NCBI GenBank assembly: GCA_965116075.1
Contig: OZ220467.1
Coordinates: forward strand, 684,580 to 748,579
Direction of reading: 5' to 3'
DNA: 64,000 nucleotides
Source: Thermodesulfobacteriota bacterium
Lineage (GTDB): Bacteria > Desulfobacterota_D > UBA1144 > Nemesobacterales > Nemesobacteraceae
In this document: positions 1 through 9,744 of the stretch, piece after piece
How the letters are laid out: the number at the start of each line of letters is the position of its first letter
Numbering within the stretch: the stretch's first letter is position 1
Notes under the pieces: generated by a model
Databases searched by the model: none
What the model was told of the DNA's origin: nothing
Seen by the model: the letters and a program-made list of their open reading frames with translations, nothing else
Made by a program: the position numbers and the translations under genes

Positions 1-231
1 CTTGATGAAACTGATTCTGGACTTGACATAGACGCGCTGAAAATAGTGGCTGACGGGGTCAATTCCATGAGAGATGGGAACAGATCCTTTATCGTGATAA
101 CCCATTACCAAAGACTTCTGAACTATATAGTGCCTGATTTCGTTCATGTGATGATAGACGGCAAAATCGTGAAATCAGGGGGCAGAGAACTTGCTCACGA
201 GCTTGAGGAAAAAGGCTACGGGGATTTTTGA
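1..231 (+). CDS. sufC: Fe-S cluster assembly ATPase SufC, C-terminal part (gene runs off window start)
   Basis: Frame-1 translation from nt 1 reads [76 protein letters not shown]. This is the typical SufC C-terminus ([15 protein letters not shown]...G.IVKSG...L...LE..GY), and it is followed by a SufB/D-family gene. Confidence 0.85.
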   Translation, partial: LDETDSGLDIDALKIVADGVNSMRDGNRSFIVITHYQRLLNYIVPDFVHVMIDGKIVKSGGRELAHELEEKGYGDF

Positions 232-264
232 TGCGTAGCGCAAAGACTAAAGGAGTATATTACA

Positions 265-1593
265 ATGGCGATTGTTTTTGATGGTACGCGCGAGAGTTAT
301 GTCGGAGGACTTTCTGAATTTGCGCATAATGTGGGCAAAGATGACCCACAGTGGATAAGAGACCTGCGCGAAAAGGGAATCTCGGGATTTAAAAACCATG
401 GATTTCCTACTATTTTTGATGAGGAATGGAGATTTACGAATCTTGAGGCTCTTCGCAGAAATTCCTTTTTAATTGCGCAAAACGGTATCTCAGACGTATC
501 CGTAGAAACTGTGGATTCGTACGTATTTGAGGGATTGGCGACTCTACTTCTTGTTTTTGTTAACGGTAGATTCGCTCCTTCGTTTTCAAACGCGGACCAA
601 AGCCAGAGCGGAGTTGCGGTTACAAATCTTCGCGAGGCTATATTTACGCAAGAGGAATTGGTAAGGAAACACTTAGCCAAATACGCAGATTACAATAAAG
701 ACCCTTTTATCTCACTTAATACTTCTTATTTTACCGATGGAGCGTTCATTCACATTTCTCCAAATACAGTTCTTGATACGCCAGTGCATGTTCTCCACAT
801 ATCAACTGATCAAGGACAACCGCAATTTATCAATCCGAGAAATCTTATAATTATCGGTAAAAATGGAGCCACAAAAGTCATAGAACACTACGTTTCTACC
901 TCCAAAGGAGTTTATTTTTCAAATGTGGTGACAGAGATCGTATGCGCAGAGAATTCTGACATTGAACATTATAGGCTTGAGTTTGAAAGCCCGAATGCGT
1001 TTAATTTCCTGAATCTGAGGACAAATCAGCAAAAAGACAGCAATGTGACTTCCCATTCGGTTCTCTATGGAGGGGCGATCGTGAGAAACACGGTTCATCC
1101 AGTCCTCCAAGGGCAAGGTGGAAACTCTGATATATACGGTCTTTTCATGTCAGAAGGACGTCAGCACATGGACAATTTCATGCGGGTTGAGCACGCAAGT
1201 CCTCACTGCGACAGTCGTCAGTTTTACAATGGGGTTCTTGATGATCGCTCAAAGGGAGTTTTTCATGGAAGAATACTTGTACACGAAGGTTCAGAAAAAA
1301 CTGACGCTAAGCAGACCAACAGGAACCTTCTTCTTTCAGATGCCGCGCAGATAGATACAAAGCCCCAACTTGAGATATACAACAGTGATGTGAAATGCAC
1401 GCATGGGGCCACCATAGGACGGATGGATGAGCAAGCTATTTTCTATCTTCGCTCTAGAGGTATTTCCGCAAAAAAATCTAAGATGATTATGCTCCGCGCT
1501 TTTACCGGAGAAACTCTCGAAAACATGTCGATAGAACCTGTAAGGCAGGCGCTTGAGGGTGAGACTACGACTTGGTTTGATCGGAGACTATAA
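265..1593 (+). CDS. sufD: SufB/SufD-family Fe-S cluster assembly protein, probably SufD (442 aa)
   Basis: The C-terminal region NRNLLLSDAAQIDTKPQLEIYNSDVKCTHGATIGRMDEQAIFYLRSRGI is the conserved SufB/SufD signature. The call as SufD rests on its position directly after sufC and its size; SufB cannot be excluded. An RBS (aaaggagt) lies 8 nt upstream of the ATG. Confidence 0.8.
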   Translation: MAIVFDGTRESYVGGLSEFAHNVGKDDPQWIRDLREKGISGFKNHGFPTIFDEEWRFTNLEALRRNSFLIAQNGISDVSVETVDSYVFEGLATLLLVFVNGRFAPSFSNADQSQSGVAVTNLREAIFTQEELVRKHLAKYADYNKDPFISLNTSYFTDGAFIHISPNTVLDTPVHVLHISTDQGQPQFINPRNLIIIGKNGATKVIEHYVSTSKGVYFSNVVTEIVCAENSDIEHYRLEFESPNAFNFLNLRTNQQKDSNVTSHSVLYGGAIVRNTVHPVLQGQGGNSDIYGLFMSEGRQHMDNFMRVEHASPHCDSRQFYNGVLDDRSKGVFHGRILVHEGSEKTDAKQTNRNLLLSDAAQIDTKPQLEIYNSDVKCTHGATIGRMDEQAIFYLRSRGISAKKSKMIMLRAFTGETLENMSIEPVRQALEGETTTWFDRRL

Positions 1594-1615
1594 CGCAAGA
1601 TCAGGAGGCCAATCC

Positions 1616-1930
1616 ATGTCCGATTTTGAGAAAGTGGCTAAGGTTTTGGATGTGCCGGAAGGAGAAGTGAAAGCTTTTTTCGCTGGTGGAGAATCCATAG
1701 CAATATGCAGAGTTGATGGGAACTTTTACGCTTTTAAAGATGAGTGCACGCATCAGGCGTTTACGATTTCAGATGGAGATCTCAACGGAGACTGCATTAA
1801 GTGTTGTTATCACGGAGCGGAGTTTAACGTGAAAACTGGCGAAGCTCTATGCCTCCCAGCGGTGGAACCTCTGGAAACTTATGAAGTGAAGGTCCAGGGA
1901 GAAGACATACTCGTAAAGGTTGAATACTAG
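1616..1930 (+). CDS. Rieske [2Fe-2S] domain ferredoxin-like protein (start moved to ATG 1616)
   Basis: Contains CTHQAFTISDG...CIKCCYHGAEF, i.e. the CXH...CXXH Rieske motif. AGGAGG at 1603-1608 precedes ATG 1616, and the 4-nt overlap with the sufD stop suggests an operon. The tracked ORF start at 1553 is probably an upstream extension. Confidence 0.8.
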   Translation: MSDFEKVAKVLDVPEGEVKAFFAGGESIAICRVDGNFYAFKDECTHQAFTISDGDLNGDCIKCCYHGAEFNVKTGEALCLPAVEPLETYEVKVQGEDILVKVEY

Positions 1931-1982
1931 AAGACAGCGTGATTAAGCGTGTTATTGAAGCATCGTTTTTTGAATATGGTCC

Positions 1983-2003
1983 CAACTTAAACTGTGAAGC
2001 GCA
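1983..2003. repeat. solo IS30-IR-like motif cttaaactgtgaagcgcaacac
   Basis: The same ~20-nt motif forms the tip of the IS30 element at 4449-4470 (inverted) and of the IS30 end fragment at 9750-9770. Confidence 0.4.
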
Positions 2004-2689
2004 ACACTTAGGGTTGGGTTCACTACGTTCTGATAAGATTTAGCACAACCTCGCGGAAATTGCCCTGCGGAAGTCGCCGCCAAACGCAAACTGAATTCCG
2101 AATCGACAGCCAAGACTACACCCCCAAACGACCGACACCTTTATACACTGTTCTGGGAGACTTTCTCAAAGAATGATGTTAATGTCCTTTGTTGACTAGA
2201 CGGAACTTGCGGAACAATTTTGAGATAAGGCATTGGTATTATTGATAAAGTAGAAAAATAAAATGTTCTTTACTGGACAGGTTTTAGTTTAACCCCAGAT
2301 GAGTCAGAAACAGCGTGGTCGCCTTTGAATAGTACATGCAATCCTTGAATAACTTTGGGTGAACATTTGGATAAACTAGAGATGGTACGTTTATGGGCTT
2401 TTCTGTTTTTCGATAGGACTCACATAGCAGGATAGCGGGTGGAGAATTTCTGTTTGGGATGCGATCTACATACATGCACAGGATAATATATAAGAAAATG
2501 AAGCCTGTCAAGTGGAAAAAGCAAATAAACTACAAATATACATGGACAGAATATTACACGAAAAACAGATAAAAGTAAACTAATATGAATAAGTTACACT
2601 CAAAAAAAGGTAGATTTTTCCCACAAGTTCAGACTAGAGAAAGCATAGTTGGTGTTCGCCAGAAAACCCCCTTTTTACAGGGATGTATT

Positions 2690-2844
2690 CTAGTGTTGCG
2701 TCAAGGGCATATTTCCTGTACAATGTGTTTCAAAGCGAGGAATTTGCGGTCCAAGCCGTCCTTGCACAACCAAGGATCAGTTGCCGATGTCCGCTACAGA
2801 CACAAGTCCATCTACCCCCAAATCATTATTTGACGGAACACTAG
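2690..2844 (+). mobile_element. 155-bp MITE derived from the IS630-family element (terminal inverted repeats, no transposase)
   Basis: Starts ctagtgttgcgtcaag and ends ttgacggaacactag. Its internal sequence matches both extremities of the full IS630 copies with the middle deleted (for example gtccgctacagacacaagtccatctaccccc versus the revcomp of 6258-6320). Confidence 0.7.
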
Positions 2845-3292
2845 GTTTGAGGTTCAATTCAATGTTTTCAATGCGAATCTTGCCGAATTCTAGTTGTGTA
2901 TTGCGTACTTGTTTCATACTTTCCTCCCGAAGAATTGCTAAAATTGGTCAATTTGTGCATAAATGGCCCAAAAACGGCTTTTTTGCCTCAATTTTCGGAT
3001 AAAAACACCTGATTAGTTAAGTAAAAACAATGCATAATGTCTTTTTCTGACAAACACTAGTTTACCTGCCAATCACCTCTACTACGGACGTGATCTCTTC
3101 TCTGGGAAGATGAATCTATTATGCAACCTGATTGCTACACTCTCATCTCGGGTTGCAATTCCTCTCGGCCTTCTGTCGGCACGCTTACTCTATGAGCCGA
3201 CTTAACGATACAAGGTGATGGACCTACGTTGGAAGCGCACAGGTATGCAAATGCCACAACCAACACAAGCAATTCACCTAATCCCCTATGAC

Positions 3293-4472
3293 CCCTAAAC
3301 TCTATGCGTTTACCACGTCCCCACAATCATCATACTATCCTGTCCGCTGAACTTTGCTGACCACGTTTACAATCGCTTCTTGAACCGAACACCCTCTGTT
3401 CTCCAGCGCTTGCTCAAATACTTCCTGGGGCGTACAGAATCCCAGAACTTTACGTGGACGATTATTCAGCAAGTCTTGTACTCGTTGTACCTCTGCATCT
3501 TTTAACCGACTCAAGTCCGTCCCCTTCGGCCAGTACTGCCGAATTAACCCATTGCTGTGTTCGCTCAACCCTCGCTCCCACGAATGAACGGTATCGCAAA
3601 ATAAAACCCAGCTCCCAATGCTTTAGATACATCCTCGTGATCCGCAAACTCCTTGCCGTTGTCAGACGTCAGCGTCAAACACAAATCCTTATTCGGCTTT
3701 AACTTCTTCTTTATCGCACCGCTTACTTCCTGCGCTGTCTTTCGCTTTACCTTCTGCATCAATACAAACTTTGACCCTCGCTCTACTAACGTCACCAACA
3801 CCCCACAATGCTTAGACCCTATCATCGTGTCAAACTCCCAGTCCCCAACCCGATTCTTCTCCTCCACCACCTCCGGTCGTTCCCTTATATCTATCCTGTT
3901 CTTTATCACTCCACGGCCTGCCCCCTTGCCACTACGGTTATACTTCTTCCCACGATGTCGTAGATGACAATATAGGTCGCCTCCTTGTTCACGGTCCTGC
4001 CAAATGTGTTGATATATCCTTGTATGGCTTATATCCACTACTCCTTCCATCTTCAAACGACCCGCTATCTGTTCAGGACTAAACTGATAAACTGTCAACA
4101 ACTCCTCTATTATCGTCAGCACCTCTGCTGTTATTTTGCGACAACACGATGACGCTTCTCTTCGCCTATTCTCTGATAGCTCTTGGGCCTGCTCGTGATT
4201 ATAACTTCTTCATCCATGATTCCTTCTCAGCTCCCAGCTGATCGCGGAAACAGAACGTCCAAGTCGCTTGGCAATCTGCCGAAGCGACAACCCCACACTA
4301 ATCATAATTTCTATCTGGACTCGTTCATCGCAACTAAGGTGATGATAGCATGATGACATAAGAGACTCCTCCTTTAGTACAGTCTCGGAGCGTATCACCA
4401 TCCCTCAGCCCTTTCAACTACTCGCTTTTAAGAACCCTCTTCGTTATAATCGTTGTGTTGCGCTTCGCAGTT
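3293..4472 (-). mobile_element. IS30-family insertion sequence (~1.18 kb) with frameshifted transposase
   Basis: It encodes an IS30 transposase in three consecutive minus-strand ORFs. The imperfect terminal repeats are cccctaaactctatgcg at 3293 and ccattaaactgcgaagcgcaac (revcomp) at 4449-4472. The element abuts the hsdS fragment. Confidence 0.75.
3335..4401 (-). pseudogene. IS30-family DDE transposase broken by two frameshifts (ORFs 4210-4401, 3565-4122, 3335-3568)
   Basis: The N-terminal HTH ORF contains RQIAKRLGRSVSAISWELRRN. The central ORF contains the DDE region WEFDTMIGSKHCGVLVTLVERGSKFVLMQKV. The C-terminal ORF contains GLIRQYWPKGTDLSRLKDAEVQRVQDLLNNRPRKVLGFCTPQEVF. All three are IS30 hallmarks. 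Confidence 0.8.
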
Positions 4473-4660
4473 TAATGGACGTTCCAAAATTGGAAGAACA
4501 AACAGCCATCGCTGGCATCCTCTCCGACATGGACAGCGAAATCAATACCCTCGAACAGCGCCTTGAAAAAGCCCGCAACCTCAAAACCGGCATGATGCAA
4601 GAACTTTTAACTGGCAAAACACGATTAATCAAAACCGGTAAAAAGCAGGAGGTAGCATGA
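4473..4660 (+). pseudogene. hsdS: Type I restriction-modification HsdS specificity subunit, C-terminal ~60 aa only (truncated by IS30)
   Basis: Reads VPKLEEQTAIAGILSDMDSEINTLEQRLEKARNLKTGMMQELLTGKTRL, the conserved C-terminal helix of HsdS target-recognition domains. It begins exactly at the IS30 end. Confidence 0.6.
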
Positions 4661-5508
4661 AAAAAGAGCTCATCACCACACTTACAGATAATTTTGAGCT
4701 TCATGCCCAGCAGACCGAAATCGGTATTGAATACTGGCTTGCCCGTGATCTGCAGCACCTTCTGGGTTATGATCAGTGGCGAAACTTTGCTCAGGTGATT
4801 TCCAAGGCCAAAGTGGCTTGCGAAGTGAGTGGCCATGAAGTTTCAGACCATTTTGCTGACGTCGGCAAAATGGTCAATCTAGGTTCCGGCGGTAAGCGAG
4901 AGATCGATGATGTGATGCTCACCCGATACGCTTGCTATCTTATTGCCCAGAATGGCGATCCACGAAAAGAGCAGATTGCTTTTGCTCAGACGTACTTTGC
5001 CATGCAAACGCGCAGAGCTGAGCTGATCGAGCAACGTATCCTAGAGCAAGAACGCCTTTCTGTCCGTAAGAAGCTAATACAGACAGAAAAAGAACTCTCC
5101 GAGGTCATATACGAGCAAACAGAACAAGATCGCAACTTTGGGATTATTCGCAGCAAAGGTGACCAAGCGCTCTTTGGTAAAAGCACGCAGCAAATGAAAG
5201 CGCAGTGGAAAGTGCCTAACAGCCGCCCACTTGCTGATTTTGCACCAACCATCATCCTCAAGGCAAAAGACTTTGCTACGGAAATCACCATTCACAATGC
5301 CTGTGAGAAGAACATGAGCACTGAATCGGCTATATCCGGAGAACATATTACCAACAATCAGGCGGTACGCAGAACCTTGATTGAACGGGGCATCCGTCCT
5401 GATGCCTTGCCGCCATCAGAAGATATCAAGAAGCTAGAGCGACGCATTGCATCGCAGGAGAAGAAAGCACTTAAATCACCAGATAGTTTGGACAGTAATG
5501 ATGAGTAA
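4657..5508 (+). CDS. dinD: DNA-damage-inducible protein D (DinD) homologue, 283 aa
   Basis: GIEYWLARDLQHLLGYDQWRNFAQV, RYACYLIAQNGDPRKEQIAFAQTYFAMQTRR and other blocks align with E. coli DinD (GQEYWSARELAPLLGYRDWRNFQKV...RYACYLVVQNGDP...QTYFAIQTRR). AGGAGG lies 5 nt upstream of the ATG. The gene is embedded in the R-M locus remnant. Confidence 0.85.
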   Translation: MKKELITTLTDNFELHAQQTEIGIEYWLARDLQHLLGYDQWRNFAQVISKAKVACEVSGHEVSDHFADVGKMVNLGSGGKREIDDVMLTRYACYLIAQNGDPRKEQIAFAQTYFAMQTRRAELIEQRILEQERLSVRKKLIQTEKELSEVIYEQTEQDRNFGIIRSKGDQALFGKSTQQMKAQWKVPNSRPLADFAPTIILKAKDFATEITIHNACEKNMSTESAISGEHITNNQAVRRTLIERGIRPDALPPSEDIKKLERRIASQEKKALKSPDSLDSNDE

Positions 5509-6257
5509 GGTTGGAGCCATAGAGCGCGTTATGCGAAACCGCATCGTTAAACTGTTTAAAGAACAACTTGGATACGAATATCTGGGAGACTGGAAAGACC
5601 GCGCCGATAACAAAAACATTGAAATAAGCCTGTTAAAGCCATTTTTTCGGAAGCAAGGTTATAGCGAAAAGCTAATTGAACGCGCCTTGCGGGAACTGGA
5701 TAAAGCTGCCGCGCTTGGCGATGGCCGAAGCCTCTATGATGTCAACAAGGATGTTTACCGACTGCTGTGCTATGGCATCAAGGTCAAAGAAGGTGGCGGG
5801 GAGCAAAAAAACCGTCTGGTTGGTTAACTGGAAAAACCCGGAAAAGAATGACTTTGCTATTGCAGAGGAAGTCACCGTCAAAGGCAACAATACCAAACGC
5901 CCGGATGTGGTAATTTACCTCAACGGCATTGCCATTGGTGTGATTGAACTGAAACGCTCCATCATTGGTCTAACGGAAGGCATTTGCCAGAACCTGCTCA
6001 ATCAGCGCAGGGACTTTATCCGCCCATTCTTCACCACCATGTAGCTGGTGATGGCCGGAAACCATACGCAAGGCTTGCGCTATGACACTATCAAGACCAG
6101 CGAGAAGTATTATCTGGAATGGAAAGAAAATGGCGGCATTGGTAAATACAAACTAGATCGACACCTTTCCCTCATGTGTGAGAAGCGCCGTTTTCTTGAG
6201 TTGATCCATGATTTCATTGTATTTGAAGCTGGCACCAAAAAGATCTGCCGCCAGAAC
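5501..6257 (+). pseudogene. hsdR: Type I restriction enzyme HsdR, N-terminal ~250 codons; frameshifted near 5810, stopped near 6044, truncated by IS630 at 6257
   Basis: Three consecutive frames read MMSKVGAIERVMRNRIVKLFKEQLGYEYLGDWKDRADNKNIEISLLKPFFRKQGY..., then KKTVWLVNWKNPEKNDFAIAEEVTVKGNNTKRPDVVIYLNGIAIGVIELKRS (the classic HsdR N-terminal nuclease-domain motif), then a further fragment ending at the IS630 terminal repeat. Confidence 0.75.
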
Positions 6258-6267
6258 TAGTGTTGCG

Positions 6268-6936
6268 TCAAGCAATGATTTTGGGGTAGATGGATTTGAG
6301 TCTGCAGCGGGCATCGGCAACCGACATACGCCAATTCACACCACGCTGGCTTGCGTTGACATGTTGCGACCACGCCGCCGCCTCGGCCCGCAACTCGTCC
6401 AGGTCCCCGATCCGTCGACCCTTCAGACACTGCCGCGTCAGACAACTCAACTCACACTCAGCCACGTTCAGCCAACTCGCGTGCTTTGGGGTGTACTGGA
6501 ACTTGATGCGCTGCCTCAACCGCCTCGCCCGCTTCGGCTCAAAAGCCTCGTACAACGCTCCCGGTGTATGCGTGTTAAGGTTGTCCAGCACCAGTGTAAT
6601 TCTCTCGCAGTTTGCATAGCGACTCTCCAGCAGAGCCGACACCTCCTCCGCCCAGTCCAATTTAGTGCGCCGCTCTCGCACCGTCACCGTGCGCCAACCT
6701 GCCAGCGGTTCACAGAACAGGAACACCGAGGCCATGCCAGCCCGTTGATACTCATAGTCCACACGGCGCGGATGCTCCGTGGTTGCAGGCAATGGCTGGC
6801 GGGTTTCCCCCACCATCTGTACCGGCTGTTCGTCCATACAGACCACTGGCCGTCGCTCATCGTAAGGCTCTTCGTAGGTCGACAGAACATCTTCCATGGC
6901 CGCCACATACTCCCCGTCCGCCTTCGGCGGAATCAC
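6268..6936 (-). CDS. IS630-family transposase, DDE catalytic part (orfB)
   Basis: The 222-aa product contains LVLDNLNTHT...KFQYTPKHASWLNVAECELSCL, the DDE_3 (Tc1/IS630) motifs. Confidence 0.8.
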   Translation of the reverse strand: MIPPKADGEYVAAMEDVLSTYEEPYDERRPVVCMDEQPVQMVGETRQPLPATTEHPRRVDYEYQRAGMASVFLFCEPLAGWRTVTVRERRTKLDWAEEVSALLESRYANCERITLVLDNLNTHTPGALYEAFEPKRARRLRQRIKFQYTPKHASWLNVAECELSCLTRQCLKGRRIGDLDELRAEAAAWSQHVNASQRGVNWRMSVADARCRLKSIYPKIIA

Positions 6937-7404
6937 CCAGTACTGCAGATAGCGCCCCGCAATGCCGTTTTTTTTAACGTCTGGTTGACGGTTTCGTGGC
7001 TGATTGATTCACAGATGCCAACCTCAACCGCCTCGCTTGCCAGCAGCCGTAGCGACCATTGGCCGTAGCCGACCGGTGGCGGCCCCAGCCGTAGCGCGAT
7101 CAGCGCGGCTTCCTGCCGCCCGTCCAAGAGCTTCGGTGGCCAAGTGGACGGGTCCCGTTGCCGCCCGTTGAGAGCCAACTCAAAACCTTCCAGCACGCAA
7201 CATTTACGCACGTTCGCAACAGTGCGCTCCTGACAACCATATGCCTCCGCAACCTGGTGGTCGCACCAGTTTGACCCGTCCGCATCAACTTGTAGCAGAA
7301 TACGTGCCCGGCGCGCTTTCTGACTGCTACCCTTGAGCTTCTTGATGACCTCCTGACATGTCTTGCGTTCGGCCTCCGACAGCCGCACAATGTACTTCTT
7401 CATG
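6933..7404 (-). CDS. IS630-family transposase, N-terminal HTH part (orfA); likely fused to orfB by programmed frameshift
   Basis: Begins MKKYIVRLSEAERKTCQEVIKKLKGSSQKARRARILLQVDADGSNWCDHQVAEAYG. An A8 run (plus-strand tttttttt at 6963-6970) sits exactly at the orfA/orfB junction and is a candidate slippery site. Confidence 0.7.
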
Positions 7405-7567
7405 GTGTTCCTCCTCCTTTGTTGTAGAAAGACGGCTTGGGACATGAATCCCTCGCCTTGAAACACATTATACAAGAAATGTTGCCATTGACGCAACACT
7501 AGTTGAATTTTTTCCCTTCTTTCAGCATACCCGCCCCCTCGGGAACAGGAAGGTCAAATCATCATGA

Positions 7568-7722
7568 CTAGTGTTGCGTCAAGTAATGGTTTTTGAGTAG
7601 ATGGACTTAAGTCTGCAACGGGCATCGGCGACCGACCCTTTTTTGTGCAAAAACGGCTCGGACCACGGAGTCATCGCCTTGGACACATTGCACAAAAAAT
7701 ATAGCCCTTGACGCAACACTAG
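7568..7722 (-). mobile_element. 155-bp MITE derived from the IS630-family element
   Basis: Bounded by ctagtgttgcgtcaag and cttgacgcaacactag, with ~120 bp of internal sequence, no ORF, and the same length as the MITE at 2690. Confidence 0.75.
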
Positions 7723-8013
7723 GTGGTTTTGCTACGCTTGTGCACAACCATGATCTTGACCGGACGATTAAACTTAAACTGACACTTGATGTTTCCAGTG
7801 AGCAGAATAGTAGTTTCCTATCTCTGAAAAAAGGGGTTTTCTGGCGAACACTTGCTTGTTGGCTTCTAGGTGGTTTTGCTACGCTTGTGCACAACCATAA
7901 TCTTGACCGGACGATTAAACTTAAACTGACACTTGATGTTTCCAGTGAGCAGAATAGTAGTTTCCTATCTCTGAAAAGGGGGTTTTCTGGCGAACACTTG
8001 CTTGTTGGCTTCT
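7722..8013. repeat. direct tandem duplication, 2 x ~147 bp
   Basis: ggtggttttgctacgcttgtgcacaacca...gggggttttctggcgaacacttgcttgttggcttc is repeated at 7722 and 7869 with 2-3 mismatches. The second unit overlaps the 3' end of the 7965-8237 gene. The fragment ggggttttctggcgaacac also occurs (inverted) at 2651-2680. Confidence 0.8.
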
Positions 8014-8237
8014 TCCAGCAACCCAGCCAAAGCCTTATAAATATCTTCAATGCCACCCTGCATTAGTTCCCTAGTATCAACAGGTGATTCACCATAAAGG
8101 CTCACATATAAATCAGATAGCCTCTTGGATATTTTCTGATCTATGACCTCTCTCTCTTGCAAGAGGTTGGTGATCTCACCCATCTTGTTCCAGTTTTCTT
8201 TATATGAAATAAAATCTACATTTTGAGCCATGATCAT
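7965..8237 (-). CDS. hypothetical small protein (90 aa)
   Basis: The ORF is intact in the low-GC region, MIMAQNVDFISYKENWNKMGEITNLLQEREVIDQKISKRLSDLYVSLYGESPV.... No recognisable family; coding status uncertain. Confidence 0.4.
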   Translation of the reverse strand: MIMAQNVDFISYKENWNKMGEITNLLQEREVIDQKISKRLSDLYVSLYGESPVDTRELMQGGIEDIYKALAGLLEEANKQVFARKPPFQR

Positions 8238-8314
8238 ATTATAACCATTTCCTTCAGGTTGTCAACAGTTATGTGCGTGATGTAAGTTATTGGGGCAAAA
8301 TGGGAGACTTAAAA

Positions 8315-8437
8315 ATGAAGAAGATTTTCTTGGTTATCTACATACTGCTTGGTTCTGTTGCTTGTGGTGGCGGTGATGGCGGTGGCGAAAATGTAGATGG
8401 AGAGACTGCGATGCGGTTGCTGTGCGAGAACTTTTGC
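8315..8437 (+). pseudogene. small lipoprotein gene interrupted by IS630 copy B
   Basis: MKKIFLVIYILLGSVACGGGDGGGENVDGETAMRLLCENFC carries a signal peptide plus lipobox (LGSVA-C). The reading frame runs straight into the IS terminal repeat at 8438. Confidence 0.4.
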
Positions 8438-9686
8438 CTAGTGTTGCGTCAAGTAATGATTTTTGGATAGATGGACTTGAGTCTGCAGCGGGCATCGGCA
8501 ACCGACATACGCCAGTTCACACCACGCTGGCTTGCGTTGACACGTTGCGACCACGCCGCCACCTCAGCCCGCAACTCGTCCAGGTCCCCGATCCGTCGAC
8601 CCTTCAGACACTGCCGCGTCAGACAACTCAACTCGCACTCAGTCACGTTCAGCCAACTCGCGTGCTTCGGAGTGTACTGGAACTTGATGCGTTGCCTCAG
8701 CCGCCGCGCCCGCTCCGGCTCAAAAGCCTCGTACAACGCTCCCTGCGTGTGCGTGTTGAGGTTGTCCAGCACCAGCGTGACCATCTCGCAGTCTGCATAG
8801 TGACTCTCCAGCAGAGCCGCCACTTCCTCCGCCCAGTCCAACTTGGTGCGCCGCTCTCGCACCGTCACCGTGCGCCAACCTGCCAGCGGTTCATAGAACA
8901 GGAACACCGAGGCCATGCCGGCCCGCTGATACTCGTAGTCCACACGGCGCGGATACTCCATGGTTGCGGGCAATGGCTGGCGGGTTTCCCCCACCATCTG
9001 TACCGGCTGTTCGTCCATGCAAACCACTGGCCGCCGCTCATCATAAGGCTCCTCGTAGGTCGACAGAACATCTTCCATGGCCGCCACATACTCCCCGTCC
9101 GCCTTCGGCGGAATCACCCAGTACTGCAGGTAGCGTCCCGCTATACCGTTTTTTTTAATGTCTTGTTGACGGTTTCATGGCTGATCGATTCACAGATGCC
9201 GACCTCAACCGCCTCGCTTGCCAGCAGACGTAGCGACCATTGGCCGTAGCCAGAGCAGCCGGTGGCGGCCCCAACCGCAACGCGATCAGCGCGGCTTCCT
9301 GCCGCCCGTCCAGAAGCTTCGGCGGCCAGGTGGATGGGTCCCGTTGCCGCCCGTTGAGGGCCAACTCAAAACCTTCCAGCACGCAACATTTACGCACGTT
9401 CGCGACAGTACGCTCCTGACAACCGTAGGCCTCCGCAACCTAGTGGTCGCACCAGTTCGGCCCGTCCGCATCAACTTGTAGCAGAATACGCGCCCGGCGC
9501 GCTTTCTGACTGCTACCCTTGAGTTTATTGATGACCTCCTGACATGTTTTGCGTTCAGCCTCCGACAGGCGCACAATGTACTTCTTCATGGTTCCTCCTC
9601 CTTTGTTGTAGAAAGACGGCTTGGGACACGAAGCCCTCGCCTTGAAACACATTATACAAGAAATGTTGCCTTTGACGCAACACTAG
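8438..9686 (-). mobile_element. IS630-family insertion sequence, copy B (degenerate)
   Basis: Same terminal repeats as copy A and ~93-95% identity. The DDE ORF 8449-9117 is intact, but the N-terminal part is split into 9155-9397 and 9440-9652 by extra indels. Confidence 0.85.
8449..9652 (-). pseudogene. IS630-family transposase of copy B, multiply frameshifted
   Basis: The N-terminal ORF begins ...MKKYIVRLSEAERKTCQEVINKLKG, the middle fragment reads MRKCCVLEGFELALNGRQRD..., and the C-terminal DDE ORF is 222 aa. Confidence 0.75.
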
Positions 9687-9744
9687 TATTTCGGCATCGG
9701 GGAGGCGCAAGATGATATTCGCCGCCGTCAAGGTGGTATTATTT

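Larger units (their letters stand above)
6257..7502 (-). mobile_element. IS630/Tc1-mariner-family insertion sequence, copy A (~1.25 kb), terminal repeats ctagtgttgcgtcaag / cttgacgcaacactag
   Basis: Perfect 16-nt terminal inverted repeats flank a two-ORF transposase. The element is inserted in hsdR. A near-identical copy lies at 8438-9686. Confidence 0.85.

Noticed and set aside
297-1354. ORFs 297-680(-), 919-1116(-) and 1118-1354(+) inside sufD
   Set aside because: They are embedded in or antisense to a well-supported SufB/D-family gene.
1553-1615. Upstream extension of the Rieske ORF from 1553
   Set aside because: The extension overlaps the sufD 3' end and has no RBS. ATG 1616 has a perfect AGGAGG 7 nt upstream.
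6208-9249. Plus-strand ORFs 6208-7068 (286 aa) and 8422-9249 (275 aa)
   Set aside because: They are antisense to the IS630 transposase genes, have R/P-rich low-complexity products, and are duplicated only because the IS is duplicated.
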